From: Squalus acanthias
Taxonomy: Eukaryota
Assembly: GCA_030390025.1 (NCBI GenBank)
Contig: CM059426.1
Span: forward strand, 34,658,001 to 34,722,000
DNA length: 64,000 bases
Direction of reading: 5' to 3'
Below are positions 62,707 through 64,000 of the stretch, piece after piece. Position numbers and translations under genes: made by a program. A model generated the notes under the pieces. It did no database searches, was not told where the DNA came from, and saw nothing but the letters and a program-made list of their open reading frames with translations. Positions within the stretch are counted from its first letter, which is position 1. Every line of letters begins with the position of its first letter.

Positions 62707-64000
62707 ATGGCGGACACGAACGCAGTTTCCGTGAAACTGCTGGAGTTTTGGGAAAACCAGCCCGAAGTCTGGTTCCTTCAAGCTGAGTCACGTTACTGGC
62801 TGCAAAACATCACCACAGATGGGACGAAGTACGACTATCTCGGCACATCACTCGGTAGCTCCACAGTTACGAAGGTCTGGACAGCGCTGCAGAACCCACC
62901 AGGGGAGGGCAAGTATGCACATCTTAAGGCCGCGCTCCTTAAAAAATTTACAGCCTCGGCATACCAGCGAAACTGCCACCTCCTCGACCTTCCAGGCCTC
63001 GGTGATGACTCACCGTCAGACCTCCTCTCCCACATGCTCTCCCTCACCGACGAGAGCCCACCCGATCCCTCTTCCGCACGCTGTTCATCCGCCAGCTACC
63101 TCTCAGCATCCGCCCAGCGATCGTGGCGTCCGGCCTCACGGACCTGGAAGCCCTGGCCGATGAGGCCGACAGACTGCTGTCCGCTCACTCCAGCCGCGAC
63201 GTCACTCCGGACCTGGCAGCCATTGCCTGGGCGTGCCCCTCACCGGCCACCATGCGGCCACAAGGCCCAGCCACCGGGCTCACGGGGCCTTCGCGCCCCA
63301 CTAACCCGGGCCACTGTTACTACCACGCACGGTTCGGCGCCAGGGCACAACGGTGCACACCTCCCTGCTCTTTCAAGTCCGCCCCCGTACCAGCCCCCGT
63401 GATGGCCGTGGGCCACGCAGGCTCCCTGCTGTACGTCACGGATGAGAAAACCGGCCGCCGGTTCCTGTGCGACACTGGAGCTCAGCACAGCATCATCCCG
63501 GCCTCCTCCCTCGACATCCAAAAGGGCAAATGAGGACCGGCGCTGGCTGCTGCTAACAGCTCGGACATTCGGATGTACGGCACCTGCACAGTCACCCTCG
63601 ACCTCGCTGGTCGCCACTACCGATGGGAGTTCATCACTGCCAAGGTGCTCTCCCCTCTCATCGGCACAGATTTCCTGTGCGCCCACGGCCTACTGGTAGA
63701 CATCCCTCGACACCGCCTCGTGGACATGAAAACCATGTCCCCCATCCTGGGCACCATGGCCCCCCGTCAACCCGCCGACATGGCGTCACAGTGCCACGCC
63801 TGGGCCACGGATGACTACTCGGCACTCCTGGCCGAATTCCCGGCCCTTACCAATCCGACCTTCTCCGCGGAGACTGCCAAACACGGGGTGGAACACTTCA
63901 TCCCCACCACAGGCCCCCCAGTGTACGCCCACGCCCGCAGGCTGGACCCGGCCAAACTGGAGATCGCGCGGACTGAGTTTGCCACCATGGAACAGCTCGG
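62707..64000 (+). pseudogene. Gag-protease-(RT start) polyprotein of a CsRN1-like Ty3/Gypsy element; disrupted and truncated by the window end
   Basis: Gag FWENQPEVWFLQAE; frameshift near 63067-63070; CHCC knuckle CYYHARFGARAQRCTPPC; protease FLCDTGAQHS and IGTDFL; in-frame TGA at 63531-63533; then HGVEHFIPTTGPPVYAHARRLDPAKLEIARTEFATMEQLG leading into RT. Confidence 0.9.

Noticed and set aside
63060-63533. Programmed frameshift or stop-codon readthrough in the Gypsy polyprotein
   Set aside because: The frameshift falls mid-capsid in a C run with no slippery heptamer. The TGA lies inside the protease domain and is best explained as CGA>TGA decay. Comparison with other family copies would settle it.

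Overview
Vertebrate genomic DNA. The repeat content (CR1/L2 LINEs, Deu-domain and HE1-type SINEs, Penelope fragments) suggests a cartilaginous fish, most likely a shark. There are two protein-coding genes on the + strand in the conserved vertebrate order. ST8SIA3 has 4 coding exons (1411-9521, 381 aa) and ONECUT2 has 2 coding exons (22739-39906, 464 aa, ~15.8 kb intron). ONECUT2 is followed by what looks like a very long 3'UTR, possibly to ~58.27 kb, and the window ends inside a GC-rich CsRN1-like Ty3/Gypsy LTR retrotransposon. The most striking non-coding signal is in the proximal ONECUT2 3'UTR. It holds four dispersed copies of a ~29-nt module, GCTG(C/T)...(A/G)TGGTGRG...AAGCACAA, which joins a miR-218 8mer to 3'-end pairing and, in three copies, to a consensus 5' splice site. 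It also has ten miR-9 ACCAAAG sites in ~4.1 kb and one miR-9 site with extensive, TDMD-like pairing. Other notable elements are RE1/NRSE sites in both genes, a start-Asp-stop micro-uORF abutting the ONECUT2 ATG, and a 97-bp near-perfect Penelope hairpin with one intact and one G8-mutated hammerhead ribozyme. All calls were made by eye, with no database searches. miRNA sequences and motif consensuses were recalled from established knowledge.
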